From Luteimonas sp. (GTDB taxonomy: Bacteria; Pseudomonadota; Gammaproteobacteria; Xanthomonadales; Xanthomonadaceae), in assembly GCA_052108555.1 (NCBI GenBank), contig JBQEAV010000009.1:3628-67627 (forward strand): a stretch of DNA of 64,000 bases. Reading direction: 5' to 3'. The notes beneath the pieces were generated by a model that was not told where the DNA came from, made no database searches, and saw only the letters and a program-made list of their open reading frames with translations. The position numbers and the translations under genes are program-made. Shown here piece by piece: positions 41,648 through 53,014 of the stretch (its first letter is position 1; each line of letters starts with the position of its first letter).

Positions 41648-41754
41648 CTTCAAAGTCCCTGCCATCGGTCAGGGGTGCGGGTTAACGCGTTTTCAACACT
41701 GTCGGTGCGTGTCCGCGCTAGCGTCACGCAGCACAACTCACCCGGGGAATACCA

Positions 41755-43848
41755 ATGCGTCAACTCATGCTCGCGACCGGCATCGCCGTCGCGCTGGCCG
41801 CCTGTGGCGGTCGTAACGAAAATGCTGATCCTGCCGCGCAGACGCCCGCCGCCGCCGCGCCGACGACGCTGACCGATGTCGAGCTCATCCCGCGCGAGGC
41901 GCTGTTCGGCAATCCCGAACGCGCCGGCGTGCAGCTCAGCCCCGACGGCCAGTATCTGAGCTGGATCGCGCCGGTCGACGGCACGATGAATGTCTGGGTC
42001 GCGCCGGCCGACAACCCGGGCGCGGCGAAGGCGGTCACCCAGGACACCGCGCGCGGCATCCGCAGCTACTTCTGGACCTACAAGCCGGGCACGTTGCTGT
42101 ACCTGCGCGACACTGGCGGCGACGAGGACTTCCATCTGTTCGCGGTCGATGTCGAGAGCGCGCAGGCGCGCGATCTGACGCCGTTCCCGAAGACCACCGC
42201 GCAGGTCGTCGGCGTGAGCCATCGTCAGCCCGACACGCTGCTGCTCGGCATGAACGACCGCGACCCGCAGTGGCACGATCTCTACAAGGTCGACATCGCC
42301 AGCGGCGAACGCACGCTGGTCGAGCAGAACACCGACCAGATCGCCGGCTACATCGCCGATGCCGACTACGTGCTGCGCTTCGCATCGCGCAGCCGGCCGG
42401 ACGGCGGCATGGATGTCCTGCGTCGCAACGGCGATGCATGGGAGAAGCAGGACGACATCCCGTTCGAGGACGTGCTGACCACCGCGCCCGCCGGGCTGAC
42501 CGAGGACGGCAAGACGCTGTACATGTCCGACTCGCGCGAGCGCAACACCGCCGCGCTGTACGCGATCGACACCACGACCGGTGAGAAGACCCTCGTGCAT
42601 CAGGATCCGCGCGCCGATGTCGGCGGCAGCCTGACCGATCCGCGCACCGGCGTGCTGCAGGCGGTGTCGGTCAACTATCTGCGCGAGGAATGGACGACGC
42701 TCGACGACAGCATCAAGGCCGATCTCGCCACACTTGAGGCCATCGGCCCGGGCGAGGTCTCGATCAACAGCCGCACGCTCGATGACAAGCATTGGCTGGT
42801 CGCGTACTCGGCCGCTGAATCACCGGTGGTCTACTACCGCTACGACCGCGGCGAGAACGGTGCCGAAGGCACGCTCACCGAGCTGTTCTCCGGCCGCCCC
42901 GCGCTCGACGGCAAGCCGCTGGTGCCGATGTGGCCGCTGGAGCTCAAGTCGCGCGACGGCCTGACCCTCGTCAGCTATCTCACCCTGCCCAAGCACGCCG
43001 ACGCCAACAACGACGGCAAGGCCGATGCGCCGGTGCCGATGGTGCTGCTGGTGCACGGCGGCCCGTGGGCGCGCGACGGCTACGGCTACAGTTCGATGGA
43101 CCAGTGGCTGGCGAATCGCGGCTACGCGGTGCTGAGCGTCAATTTCCGCGGCTCGACCGGCTTCGGCAAGGACTTCACCAACGCCGGCAACGGCGAGTGG
43201 GCGGGCAAGATGCACGATGACCTGATCGACGCCGTGCAGTGGGCGGTCGACAGCGGCGTCACCACGTTGGACAAGGTCGCGATCATGGGCGGCAGCTACG
43301 GTGGTTACGCCACGCTGGTGGGTCTGACGTTCACGCCGGAGACCTTCGCCTGTGGCGTGGATATCGTCGGCCCGGCCAACCTCAACACGCTGCTGTCGAC
43401 GGTGCCGCCGTACTGGGCGAGCTTCTTCGAACAGCTGACCAAGCGCATGGGCGACCCGCGCACGGAGGAAGGCAAGGCCTGGCTGACCGAGCGTTCGCCA
43501 CTGACCCGTGCCGACGCGATCACCAGGCCGCTGCTGATCGGCCAGGGCGCCAACGATCCGCGCGTGAAGCAGGCCGAGAGCGACCAGATCGTCGAAGCGA
43601 TGACCGCGAAGAACATTCCTGTCACGTACGTGCTGTTCCCCGACGAAGGCCACGGTTTCGCACGGCCGGAGAACAACAAGGCGTTCAACGCGGTGGCCGA
43701 AGGCTTCCTCGAGACCTGCCTCGGCGGACGTTCGCAGCCGATCGGCGAGGAGTTCACGGGCTCGAGCATCACCGTGCCGACCGGCGCAGATGGCGTGCCA
43801 AGGCTGGCCGATGCGCTGAAGGCGCACACCGCCGAAACCCGCAACTGA
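41755..43848 (+). CDS. S9 prolyl oligopeptidase-family lipoprotein
   Basis: LAAC; HGGPW; GGSYGG; DPRV; DEGH. Confidence 0.93.
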   Translation: MRQLMLATGIAVALAACGGRNENADPAAQTPAAAAPTTLTDVELIPREALFGNPERAGVQLSPDGQYLSWIAPVDGTMNVWVAPADNPGAAKAVTQDTARGIRSYFWTYKPGTLLYLRDTGGDEDFHLFAVDVESAQARDLTPFPKTTAQVVGVSHRQPDTLLLGMNDRDPQWHDLYKVDIASGERTLVEQNTDQIAGYIADADYVLRFASRSRPDGGMDVLRRNGDAWEKQDDIPFEDVLTTAPAGLTEDGKTLYMSDSRERNTAALYAIDTTTGEKTLVHQDPRADVGGSLTDPRTGVLQAVSVNYLREEWTTLDDSIKADLATLEAIGPGEVSINSRTLDDKHWLVAYSAAESPVVYYRYDRGENGAEGTLTELFSGRPALDGKPLVPMWPLELKSRDGLTLVSYLTLPKHADANNDGKADAPVPMVLLVHGGPWARDGYGYSSMDQWLANRGYAVLSVNFRGSTGFGKDFTNAGNGEWAGKMHDDLIDAVQWAVDSGVTTLDKVAIMGGSYGGYATLVGLTFTPETFACGVDIVGPANLNTLLSTVPPYWASFFEQLTKRMGDPRTEEGKAWLTERSPLTRADAITRPLLIGQGANDPRVKQAESDQIVEAMTAKNIPVTYVLFPDEGHGFARPENNKAFNAVAEGFLETCLGGRSQPIGEEFTGSSITVPTGADGVPRLADALKAHTAETRN

Positions 43849-43856
43849 CGCGATAC

Positions 43857-43883
43857 CCGGGCCGGCATCCGCTGCCGGCCCGG
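43857..43883. terminator. Hairpin after the S9 peptidase gene
   Basis: CCGGGCCGGCA-TCCGC-TGCCGGCCCGG. Confidence 0.6.
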
Positions 43884-43927
43884 ATCCTTTCCGGACGGAC
43901 CGGCGGCGATATCCGCCGCCCCTTCCT

Positions 43928-44218
43928 TCAGTCGCCCCGGCGGCTCGACACAGCCCGATTGCGTGACAGGGCGTCCTGCGCATCGCGCTGCTGCTCCCGA
44001 AGCTGCTCGGGGGACCGGCAAACGCGCGTCGCGCGATTGCTACCGATCGTCTTTTCGCGCCTGCAGATCAGGCGCGGCTCCTCTTGTGCGACCTGCGGCG
44101 GCGCCGCTTCCGCCGAGACATCCGCCGCTGCGACGGAAGGCTCCGGATCCTGACCTGCGGCGGGTGTGCCGGTCGAAACCAGCAACACGCCGAGGATCGT
44201 TGCGATGGCGAGCTTCAT
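43928..44218 (-). CDS. Small secreted protein
   Basis: Signal peptide; ICRREKTIGSN..TRVCR two-Cys motif. Confidence 0.75.
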   Translation of the reverse strand: MKLAIATILGVLLVSTGTPAAGQDPEPSVAAADVSAEAAPPQVAQEEPRLICRREKTIGSNRATRVCRSPEQLREQQRDAQDALSRNRAVSSRRGD

Positions 44219-44298
44219 GAACGCGTCCTATGCCTGTTCGGTCCACGAGATTACCGCAGCCTGTTTCCGGGCATACAGCGGATACGCACACAACCCGC

Positions 44299-45630
44299 TT
44301 ATGCCGCTTTCGTCCCGTAGAACTGCGCCTCTTCCGTCGAGCCAGTCAGCGCGGTGACGCTCGACACACCGCCCTGGATCACCGTGGTCACATCGTCGAA
44401 GTAGCCGGCGCCGACTTCCTGCTGGTGCGAGACGAAGGTGTAGCCCTTGTCGCGCGCAGCGAACTCGCGTTCCTGCACCTGTTCGACGTAGTGCTTCATG
44501 CCTTCGCCGCGGGCGTAGTCGTGGGCGAACTGGAAGCTGTTGAACCAGTTGATGTGGATGCCGGCCAGGGTGATGAACTGGAACTTGTAGCCCAGCGCAG
44601 CCAGGTCCTCCTGGAAGCTCGCGATCTGGCGGTCGTCGAGGTTCTTCTTCCAGTTGAAGCTCGGCGAGCAGTTGTAGCTCAGCAGCTTGCCGGGATGCTT
44701 CTCATGCACCGCCTGGGCGAACTCGCGGGCAAAGCCGATGTCGGGCGTGCCGGTCTCGCACCAGACCAGATCCGCGTACGGTGCGTAGGCCACGCCGCGG
44801 CTGATCGCCTGCTCCAGACCGTTGCGCACCTTGTAGAAGCCTTCGGCCGTGCGCTCGCCGGTGACGAAGGGCGCGTCGTTGGCGTCGAAATCGGAGGTCA
44901 GCAGGTTCGCGGCTTCGGCGTCGGTGCGCGCGAGCACGATCGCCGGCACGCCGAGCACATCTGCGGCCAGACGCGCGGCCACCAGCTTCTGCACGGCCTC
45001 CTGCGTCGGCACCAGCACCTTGCCGCCCATGTGACCGCACTTCTTGACCGCGGCCAGCTGGTCCTCGAAATGCACGCCCGAGGCGCCGGCGACGAGCATG
45101 TTCTTCATCAGTTCGTAGGCGTTGAGCACACCGCCGAACCCGGCCTCGCCGTCGGCGACGATCGGCAGGAAGAAGTCGATCGCCTCGCGTTCGTCGAGCT
45201 TGCCGTCGGCGATGTTCTTCCACTGGATCTCGTCGGCGCGCTGGAAGGTGTTGTTGATCCGGCGGACCATCGTCGGCACCGAGTCGTAGGCGTACAGCGA
45301 CTGGTCCGGATACATGGTCTCGGAACTGTTGCCGTCGGCGGCCACCTGCCAGCCGGACAGGTACACCGCTTCCAGACCGGCCTTAGCCTGCTGCATCGCC
45401 TGGCCGGCGCTGATCGCGCCGAAGGCATTGACGTAGCCCTTCCTCGCGTCGCCGTTGACGAGCCCCCACAGCTTCTCGGCACCGCGCTTGGCCAGCGTGT
45501 GCTCGGGCTGCACGCTGCCGCGCAGACGCACGACATCGGCCGCGGAGTACGGTCGCTGGATGCCGCTCCAGCGGGGGTTGGTGGTCCAGTCCTGTTGCAG
45601 CGCGTCGATCTGTTGCTGGCGGGTGGTCAT
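44299..45630 (-). CDS. aceA: Isocitrate lyase
   Basis: [29 protein letters not shown]. Confidence 0.97.
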   Translation of the reverse strand: MTTRQQQIDALQQDWTTNPRWSGIQRPYSAADVVRLRGSVQPEHTLAKRGAEKLWGLVNGDARKGYVNAFGAISAGQAMQQAKAGLEAVYLSGWQVAADGNSSETMYPDQSLYAYDSVPTMVRRINNTFQRADEIQWKNIADGKLDEREAIDFFLPIVADGEAGFGGVLNAYELMKNMLVAGASGVHFEDQLAAVKKCGHMGGKVLVPTQEAVQKLVAARLAADVLGVPAIVLARTDAEAANLLTSDFDANDAPFVTGERTAEGFYKVRNGLEQAISRGVAYAPYADLVWCETGTPDIGFAREFAQAVHEKHPGKLLSYNCSPSFNWKKNLDDRQIASFQEDLAALGYKFQFITLAGIHINWFNSFQFAHDYARGEGMKHYVEQVQEREFAARDKGYTFVSHQQEVGAGYFDDVTTVIQGGVSSVTALTGSTEEAQFYGTKAA

Positions 45631-45670
45631 GGCGAATCTCCTTCGAAGGCGGATGTCGGTTCGGGGGCGC

Positions 45671-45723
45671 GTGGGAGCGCCTTGACCGCGATAGGCGGGA
45701 ATCGCGGCCAAGGCCGCTCCCAC
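45671..45723. repeat. GTRG-family REP doublet (REPIN-like)
   Basis: GTGGGAGCGCCTTGACCGCGAT-8 nt-ATCGCGGCCAAGGCCGCTCCCAC. Confidence 0.8.
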
Positions 45724-45732
45724 AGGAATGCT

Positions 45733-47352
45733 TCAGTCGAGGCGCTGGTACGCCGGCAGCGTCAAGAAGTCTTCGAGCGTGTCGCGATGCGTCAGGTCTT
45801 CCAGCAGCGCGATGGCTTCGGGCACGCGCGCCGCGCCCGGAATGTCCTGACCGGTGAGCTTCGAAGGCAGCGACAGCAGCACGCGGTCGAGCAGTGCGTC
45901 ATCGATCGCAGTGCCGTCTTCGAGATGCAGCGGCGCGTGACCGTCATCGGCGTAGTGGATCCACTGCCAGAGTTGCGCACGCGCGATTTCTGCGGTCGCC
46001 GCGTCTTCCATCATGTGGTGGATCGGCACGCAGCCGTTCCCGTCGAGCCAGGCGGCGATGTAGCGCACGCAGACCTCGACGTTGCCATCGAATCCGGCGC
46101 GGCTGATCGTGCCGATCGAAGGCATGATCAGATCGTCGCGGTCCACCAGCACGTCATCGCGCGTCATCGCGTGCTGGTGCGGGCCGCGCATGCGTTCGTC
46201 GAAGATCTGCTTCGCCAGCGGGATCAGTGCCGGATGCGCAACCCAGGTGCCGTCATGGCCGGCGGTGACCTCGCGCAGCTTGTCGGTGCGCACGCGTGCC
46301 ATCGCCGCATCGTTGGCGGCATCGTTACCCGCGATCGGGATCTGCGCGGCCATGCCGCCCATCGCATGCGCGCCACGGCGATGGCAGGTGTGCACCAGCA
46401 GTTCCGAATACGCCTTCAGGAACGGCTGGGTCATCGTCACCTGCGCGCGCTCGGGCAGCACGCGGTCGCGGTGTCGCTGGAAGGTCTTGAGATAGGAAAA
46501 GATGTAATCCCAGCGCCCGCAGTTGAGACCGGCGATGCGGCCCTTGAGCGCGTGCAGGATCTCGTCCATCTCGAACACGGCCGGCAGGGTTTCGATCAGC
46601 ACGGTCACGCGGATCTGTCCGGCGGGCAGACCCAGCGCGCGTTCGATATGCGTCAGCACGTCGTCCCACAGCTGCGCCTCTTCCATCGACTGCAGCTTGG
46701 GGATGTAGAAGTACGGACCACGGTCCTTGGCCGCGAGCGCGTGCGCGTTGTGGAAGGCGAACAGGCCGGCGTCGAACAGGGCGCCCGACATCGGCGCGCC
46801 GTCGATCCGCACGTGCTTCTCGTCGAGGTGCCAGCCACGCGGCCGCACGATCAGCACCGCGCGCTGGTCCTCGGGCTTGAGTGCATAGCGCTTGCCGGCG
46901 GCCGACGTGAATTCCAAGGTGCCTTTGATCGCATCACGCAGCGCGCGTTGGCCGGTCAGCAGGTTGTCCCAGGTCGGCGAGGTCGAATCCTCGAAGTCGG
47001 CCATGTAACAGCTCGCTCCGGAGTTCAGGGCGTTGATGACCATCTTCGGATCGACCGGGCCGGTGATCTCGACCCGGCGGTCGCGCAGCGCGGCCGGCAG
47101 GGGCGCGACGCGCCACTCGGACTCGCGGATGGCACGGGTCGCGGGACGGAAGTCCGGCAGCGCGCCCGCATCGAACGCGGCCTGGCAGTTCCGGCGTGCG
47201 GCGAGCAGGTCCAGCCGACGGGCGTCGAAGTGATCGTGCAGGTCGGCCAGGAACGCGAGCGCATGGGTGTCGAGCAGGTCCGCCGGGCTGCCGACGGGCA
47301 CGGTGATGCGCGGATCTTCGGTGGGCGGGACAGGCTTGATGACGGCATTCAC
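45733..47352 (-). CDS. aceB: Malate synthase A
   Basis: DRRVEITGP, DFED, VRPRGWH, LNCGRWDY, MEDAATAEI. Confidence 0.96.
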   Translation of the reverse strand: MNAVIKPVPPTEDPRITVPVGSPADLLDTHALAFLADLHDHFDARRLDLLAARRNCQAAFDAGALPDFRPATRAIRESEWRVAPLPAALRDRRVEITGPVDPKMVINALNSGASCYMADFEDSTSPTWDNLLTGQRALRDAIKGTLEFTSAAGKRYALKPEDQRAVLIVRPRGWHLDEKHVRIDGAPMSGALFDAGLFAFHNAHALAAKDRGPYFYIPKLQSMEEAQLWDDVLTHIERALGLPAGQIRVTVLIETLPAVFEMDEILHALKGRIAGLNCGRWDYIFSYLKTFQRHRDRVLPERAQVTMTQPFLKAYSELLVHTCHRRGAHAMGGMAAQIPIAGNDAANDAAMARVRTDKLREVTAGHDGTWVAHPALIPLAKQIFDERMRGPHQHAMTRDDVLVDRDDLIMPSIGTISRAGFDGNVEVCVRYIAAWLDGNGCVPIHHMMEDAATAEIARAQLWQWIHYADDGHAPLHLEDGTAIDDALLDRVLLSLPSKLTGQDIPGAARVPEAIALLEDLTHRDTLEDFLTLPAYQRLD

Positions 47353-47411
47353 GGGAGCGGTCCTTTCGTGTGCAGCGACGGTATTGCGGTGCAGCAGACC
47401 GTCCTCCCAAG

Positions 47412-47440
47412 TCGGTTATTTGACAACCGAGTTCTGTCAA
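47412..47440. promoter_or_regulatory. Overlapping dyads in the aceB/LysR divergent promoter
   Basis: TCGGTT-N7-AACCGA and TTGACA-N9-TGTCAA. Confidence 0.55.
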
Positions 47441-47475
47441 TGCCTATCATCAGCTGCGCTTATACGAGCAGTCAT

Positions 47476-48444
47476 ATGCCCGCCAAGTCCCCGTCAGACC
47501 TCAGGTTTCCGTACAAGAGCGACCGGCTCAAACCGCTGCGCGCGTTCTGTCAGACCACGCGATTGGGTTCAGTCTCACGGGCCGCCGAGGCGCTCTACGT
47601 CAGCCAGCCGGCGATTTCGCTGCAGCTGCAGGCGCTGGAGCGCGAGCTCGGGGTGAAGCTGCTGGAGCGCAGCGGCCGGCGTCTGGTGCCCACCCGCGAG
47701 GGCGAGGTCCTCTATGCGCTGGCGATACCGCTGGTCGAGGGCCTCGACGGCCTGCCGGCAGCGTTCCGGCGCGAGGTGGGTGGCCTGGATGCGGGCGAAC
47801 TGACCGTCGCGGCCAACAGCTCGACGATCCTCTACCTGCTGCCGCGGATCGTCGACCTGTTCCGCCGACAGCATCCGGACGTGCGCCTGACGCTGCAGGA
47901 CGCGATCACCGCCGACGGCACCGATCTGTTGCGCAGCGACGCCGTCGACCTCGTGGTCGGCTCGATGGTCGATGTGCCGGGCGACCTCAGCTACGCGCCG
48001 GTCTACCGCTTCGACCCGATCCTGCTGACGCCGCCCGACCACGCCCTCGCCCGTGCGAAGACGCTCACGCTCGAGGACATCGGCCGCTACGGCCTGATCC
48101 TGCCGCCGAAACGCCAGATCACCTACCGCCTCGTCGACCAGGTGTTCCAGCAGGCCCGCGTGCCCTACACGGTGGCGCTGGAAGTCGGCGGCTGGGAGGT
48201 CATCAAGCAATACGTGGCGATGGGCATGGGTATCTCGATCGTCAGCGCGATCTGCCTGGACGACAGCGACGGCCAACGCCTCGCGACGCGACCGGTGTCC
48301 GAGTGGTTTCCGGCACGCTCTTACGGCGTCGTCGTGCGCAAGGGCAAGGTGCTGTCGCCGCAGGCGCGGGCGTTCATCGAACTGATCCGACCGGACCTGT
48401 TCGTACGGCGCGACCACGAGGATGCGGGGCATTCGGAGCGATAG
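47476..48444 (+). CDS. LysR-family regulator divergent from aceBA
   Basis: GSVSRAAEALYVSQPAISLQL HTH; true start lies inside the 1404-aa ORF call. Confidence 0.92.
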   Translation: MPAKSPSDLRFPYKSDRLKPLRAFCQTTRLGSVSRAAEALYVSQPAISLQLQALERELGVKLLERSGRRLVPTREGEVLYALAIPLVEGLDGLPAAFRREVGGLDAGELTVAANSSTILYLLPRIVDLFRRQHPDVRLTLQDAITADGTDLLRSDAVDLVVGSMVDVPGDLSYAPVYRFDPILLTPPDHALARAKTLTLEDIGRYGLILPPKRQITYRLVDQVFQQARVPYTVALEVGGWEVIKQYVAMGMGISIVSAICLDDSDGQRLATRPVSEWFPARSYGVVVRKGKVLSPQARAFIELIRPDLFVRRDHEDAGHSER

Positions 48445-48603
48445 CGGTGCGTTGTCTTCGCTGTTGCCGCGGCCGCTGATCGATCTTCAGAACGCCGCTG
48501 CGCTGCTCGCAGACCCATGTGCGGCGACCTTCGGGTTTGATGCGTTCGCCAATGCGTCACGAAGCGCAAGCGGCGAGCCCCGACAACTCGAAGCGCGCGC
48601 AGG

Positions 48604-48629
48604 AAAAAGCCCGGCCGAAGCCGGGCTTT
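48604..48629. terminator. Rho-independent terminator, probably bidirectional
   Basis: AAAAAGCCCGGC-CGAA-GCCGGGCTTT. Confidence 0.8.
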
Positions 48630-48653
48630 CCGTTTACGGGGAAGCGAAGCGAA

Positions 48654-49831
48654 TCACCCCGCCACCGCCAGTTTCTCCTGTCTATAACGCCATACCGCCA
48701 GCAGCCAAAGCGCAGCAGCCAGCGCCAGGCTCGCGCCCAGGTAGACGCCCCAGACGTCCGGCGCCACCGGTTCGGCGCGGATGATCTTCAGCAGCAGCTG
48801 GTTCTGCGCGAGGAACGGCACCGCGAACTGCCACAGTTCGGTCTTGATCGGATTGACCATCAACACCAGGCTCGGGACCATCGGCAGCAGCATCAGCCAG
48901 ACGATGTGGCTCTGGGCTTCCTTCATGCTTTTGGCGGTTGCGGCGAGGAAGGTCAGCAGCGAGGTGCCGACGAACAGCATCGGCAGCAGCACCAGCAGCA
49001 TCTTGCCGATCGCCGCGAAGCTGACGTCGAGCATCCGCGAGGCGCTCATGCCCATCTGCGCGCTGATCTTGAACGCCAGCAGGGTCAGCAGCAGCGAGGC
49101 CATGCCGATGATGCAGGCGGCGGCGATCTTGCCGCTGACGATGGCGCCACGCGAGGCCGGGGTAGCCAGCAGCGGTTCCAGCGACTGGCGTTCGCGTTCG
49201 CCGGCGGTCGCGTCGAGGATCAGGTAGGAGCCGCCGATGAAGCTCGACAGGATCAGCAGATACGGCAGCAATACCGCCAGCAGGATGCCGCGCTTGGCCT
49301 CCTCGGTCGCCATGTCGCGCGTGCCGACTCCCAGGGGGGCTACGACGGAGGGAGAAATGCCGCGTGCGAGCAGACGCAGCGCGGCAACCTGCTGCGAGTA
49401 GCCCTCGAGCGCAGCTTCGACACGTTTCACCGGAATCTCGGACGCCCGGCGCGTGCTGTCACGCAGGACTTCGATCATGGCGGGCCGCCCCGAACGCCAA
49501 GATTCGGCGAACTCCGCATCGATAACGAGGGCCACGTCGACATCCTGGCTGGCGATCGCACCTGCGAGGTCATCTGGCGGCGGGACGGTATCGATCCCGT
49601 GCGCCGCCAGGAATGCGATCAGCTGCGGCGCGTGTTCCGCACCGACAGTCGGAACCTCGAGCTGCTTGTCGAGCTCGGTCTTGAGCCGTTGCTCGGCGAG
49701 GTAGTTCATGCCCAGCATCAGTAGCGGATACATCAGCGGGCCGAGCAGCAGCGCCATGAACAACGTGCGCCGGTCGCGCGCGATGTCGAGCAGCTCCTTG
49801 CGCACCACGCACCACATCCATTTCAGGTTGC

Positions 49832-49835
<4 letters not shown>
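48654..49835 (-). CDS. ABC transporter permease (NatB-like)
   Basis: KELLD..RDRRT, AGERERQSLEPLL, multiple TMs. Confidence 0.9.
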
Positions 49836-50578
<743 letters not shown>

Positions 50579-50624
50579 CGGCGGAGCTCCGGAAGAAAGA
50601 GGGAAGTCGACAGGCGCGGCGCGA

Positions 50625-52157
50625 TCACGGCGACCACCCGTTGAAGCTGGTGAACGGCGGCACCGGACGCATCGCGTCCAGGCACGTGGCGTCGAGCGCC
50701 TTGGCATCGGTCGATTCGATGAACTGCGCGAGCAGCTTGGGCGCGCAGCCCAGCGCGAACGTGCCGTGGCTCTGGCCCTTGAACACGAGGTGTCGTCCGT
50801 TCGGCAGACCGGACAGCACGCGCTCGGCATAGGGCGGCGGCGTGACCGGATCGAGTTCGCCGGACATCAGCAATGCCGGCACATCGGACTGCAGCGCCGC
50901 CGTGTGGTTCGCCGGCGGTGTGCCGGTCGGCCAGGTACGACAGACGCCGAAGAACATGCGCGCGACGTCCGGTCCGAGAATGGTGCCTGCCGCGCGGCCA
51001 TCCTCGCGATACTGGCCCGCGTCCTCGGCGCAGATCACCGACCACTGCATGCCGCGGGTCATCGAGCCGCCGAAACTGCTGTTCATCAGCTGGTACAGCG
51101 ACATCAGCGGGCCGTAGCGGCCCTGCGCGGCTTCATCGAGCATCAGCGGCAGCAGCGATGCAGTCTGCGGCTGGTAGGAAAACAGGAAAGCCAGGCCGGT
51201 CACGGTATCCGGCGTGATCGTGCCCTGCGCTTCGGCGCCGGTGGTCGGATCGCGATAGGTCACCGTGGCGGGCGCGGCCCGCAGCGTATCCAGCACACCG
51301 CGCAACTGCGCCTGCAGATCGGTCGGGAAGCGCTCGCGGCACTTGATGTCCTGCGCGCACTGCTTCGACTGCAGCGCCAAGGCGTCTTCGAAGGTGTGCG
51401 CGAACTCGCCCCCGATCACCAGGTCGTTGGGCGCGACGCCGTCGAGCACGATGCTGCGCGTGTGCTGCGGATACGCCATCGCGTACTGCTGCGCCACGCG
51501 CGTGCCATAGGAGCCGCCGACCAGGTTCACCTGGTCGGCGCCGAGCGCGGCGCGCACGGCGTCGAGATCCCGGATCGCATTGCCGGTCGTGTAGAAGCGT
51601 GGATCGGCGCGACCTTCCAGGCCGGCCAGGCAGCGCGACACGTAATCGTCGAGCACGGCGTCGCTCGGCAGTGCGACGGTGTCCAGATCGAGGGGTTCGC
51701 CGTCGGCACCGGTACAGGTGAGCGGGTTCGAATCGCCCGTGCCGCGCTGGTCGACGAGCACGATGTCGCGCTGGCGGCGCACTTCCCGCAGGCCGGCATT
51801 GATCTGCGCGGCCAGTTCGGTCGCCGCCTGGCCGGGTCCGCCTGCAAGGAAGAACACCGGATCGGCGGTGCCGCCGTCGCTTGCATCCGCGGGCAGCCAC
51901 GCGATGTTGAGGCCGATCCTGCGGCCGTCCGCCGCATCCGGGTTCTCCGGCACCTCGAAGGTCGCGCACTGCGCTTCGACGCGCGTGGCGGCGTTGCCGC
52001 CGTCGAGCGTGCAGGCATGGAACGGGATCTGGCCGAACATGCGCGCCGGACGCGCGCCGTCGCCGTCGCCTTCGGCAGGCACCGGTGCACCGCCGCTGCA
52101 GCCGGCGAGCGTCGCGCTCGCGGCCAGCGCCAGCAGGGAAAGCCTCATTGCTCTCAT
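50625..52157 (-). CDS. Alpha/beta hydrolase lipoprotein (TAP-like peptidase)
   Basis: LAGC; GGPG; DQRGTG; GGSYG; DPVTP. Confidence 0.9.
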   Translation of the reverse strand: MRAMRLSLLALAASATLAGCSGGAPVPAEGDGDGARPARMFGQIPFHACTLDGGNAATRVEAQCATFEVPENPDAADGRRIGLNIAWLPADASDGGTADPVFFLAGGPGQAATELAAQINAGLREVRRQRDIVLVDQRGTGDSNPLTCTGADGEPLDLDTVALPSDAVLDDYVSRCLAGLEGRADPRFYTTGNAIRDLDAVRAALGADQVNLVGGSYGTRVAQQYAMAYPQHTRSIVLDGVAPNDLVIGGEFAHTFEDALALQSKQCAQDIKCRERFPTDLQAQLRGVLDTLRAAPATVTYRDPTTGAEAQGTITPDTVTGLAFLFSYQPQTASLLPLMLDEAAQGRYGPLMSLYQLMNSSFGGSMTRGMQWSVICAEDAGQYREDGRAAGTILGPDVARMFFGVCRTWPTGTPPANHTAALQSDVPALLMSGELDPVTPPPYAERVLSGLPNGRHLVFKGQSHGTFALGCAPKLLAQFIESTDAKALDATCLDAMRPVPPFTSFNGWSP

Positions 52158-52354
52158 GGAACGTCCTCGAACAGGAAAATGGATTCGATGGGCTCGGCGA
52201 ACTCGCGTGCGATCCGGAACGCCAGCGGCAGGCTGGGGTCGTACTTGCCGGTCTCGATCGCGTTGATCGTCTGTCTCGATACATCCAGACGTGTCCCCAG
52301 CTGTGCTTGTGACCAGCCGCAGGCCTCGCGCAGTTCGCGCACCCGGCTCTTCAT
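52154..52354 (-). CDS. XRE-family HTH regulator
   Basis: SQAQLG..LDVSRQTINAIETGKYDPSLPLAF. Confidence 0.92.
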   Translation of the reverse strand: MKSRVRELREACGWSQAQLGTRLDVSRQTINAIETGKYDPSLPLAFRIAREFAEPIESIFLFEDVP

Positions 52355-52364
52355 CGCCGCGCGC

Positions 52365-52940
52365 TCAACGGTAGCGCCGCGCGACGATGGCTTTGGCAAT
52401 GCCGTAGGTACCGCACATCAGCGGAAACACCCACAGCATCGCAGCGCTCGCGGGCACGTCGATGACACGCGCCGCCTGCAGGAAGCCGGCCGTCATGTAC
52501 GCGAACGCGACCAGCCCGGCGGCGATGCACACCGCTTCGAACTCGATGCGCTGCTGCAGTTCGTCGACGCCGCGGATGAAGTGCACCATCGCGCGCAGCA
52601 CCAGTGCGATCGGCGCGACCGGCAGCAGGGCGATCAGGGCGCGCAGCGCCAGGGCCTCGACGCTGCGCAGCAGCAGCAGCGAGACGAACAGCAGGACGGT
52701 GTAGGCGCCCATGCCGATGAGGAGATCGCGGGTGTAGCGGCGCTGCAGCGCCGGGGGCGCGTCATTGCAGGTGGTCGCGCGCCGGGACATGGACACCACG
52801 CCCACGGCCACCGCCGACAGCAGGATCAGGCCGCTGGCCCAGTCGGGTGTCGCGGGGACCATCAAGCGCAACGCGACTGCGGCGACGAGCAGCATCGCGG
52901 CAACAGCGCGCAGGGGATAACGGGCGGACGATGCGTCCAT
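52365..52940 (-). CDS. Membrane protein co-transcribed with the XRE regulator
   Basis: Several TMs; DELQQRI.FEA motif. Confidence 0.75.
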   Translation of the reverse strand: MDASSARYPLRAVAAMLLVAAVALRLMVPATPDWASGLILLSAVAVGVVSMSRRATTCNDAPPALQRRYTRDLLIGMGAYTVLLFVSLLLLRSVEALALRALIALLPVAPIALVLRAMVHFIRGVDELQQRIEFEAVCIAAGLVAFAYMTAGFLQAARVIDVPASAAMLWVFPLMCGTYGIAKAIVARRYR

Positions 52941-52952
52941 GGCGGGACCGTG

Positions 52953-53014
52953 TGTCAAGTTGGCTTGACATGGAGCATGCGCGGCGCCGTTTCGGGTGTC
53001 AAGCCTGCTTGACA
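52953..53014. promoter_or_regulatory. Two 18-bp operators TGTCAAG-N4-CTTGACA
   Basis: Copies at 52953-52970 and 52997-53014, 44 bp apart. Confidence 0.8.

Noticed and set aside
44230-48444. 1404-aa ORF on the + strand
   Set aside because: Antisense shadow of aceA/aceB fused in frame to the real LysR (47476 onward); high-GC codon bias removes stops.
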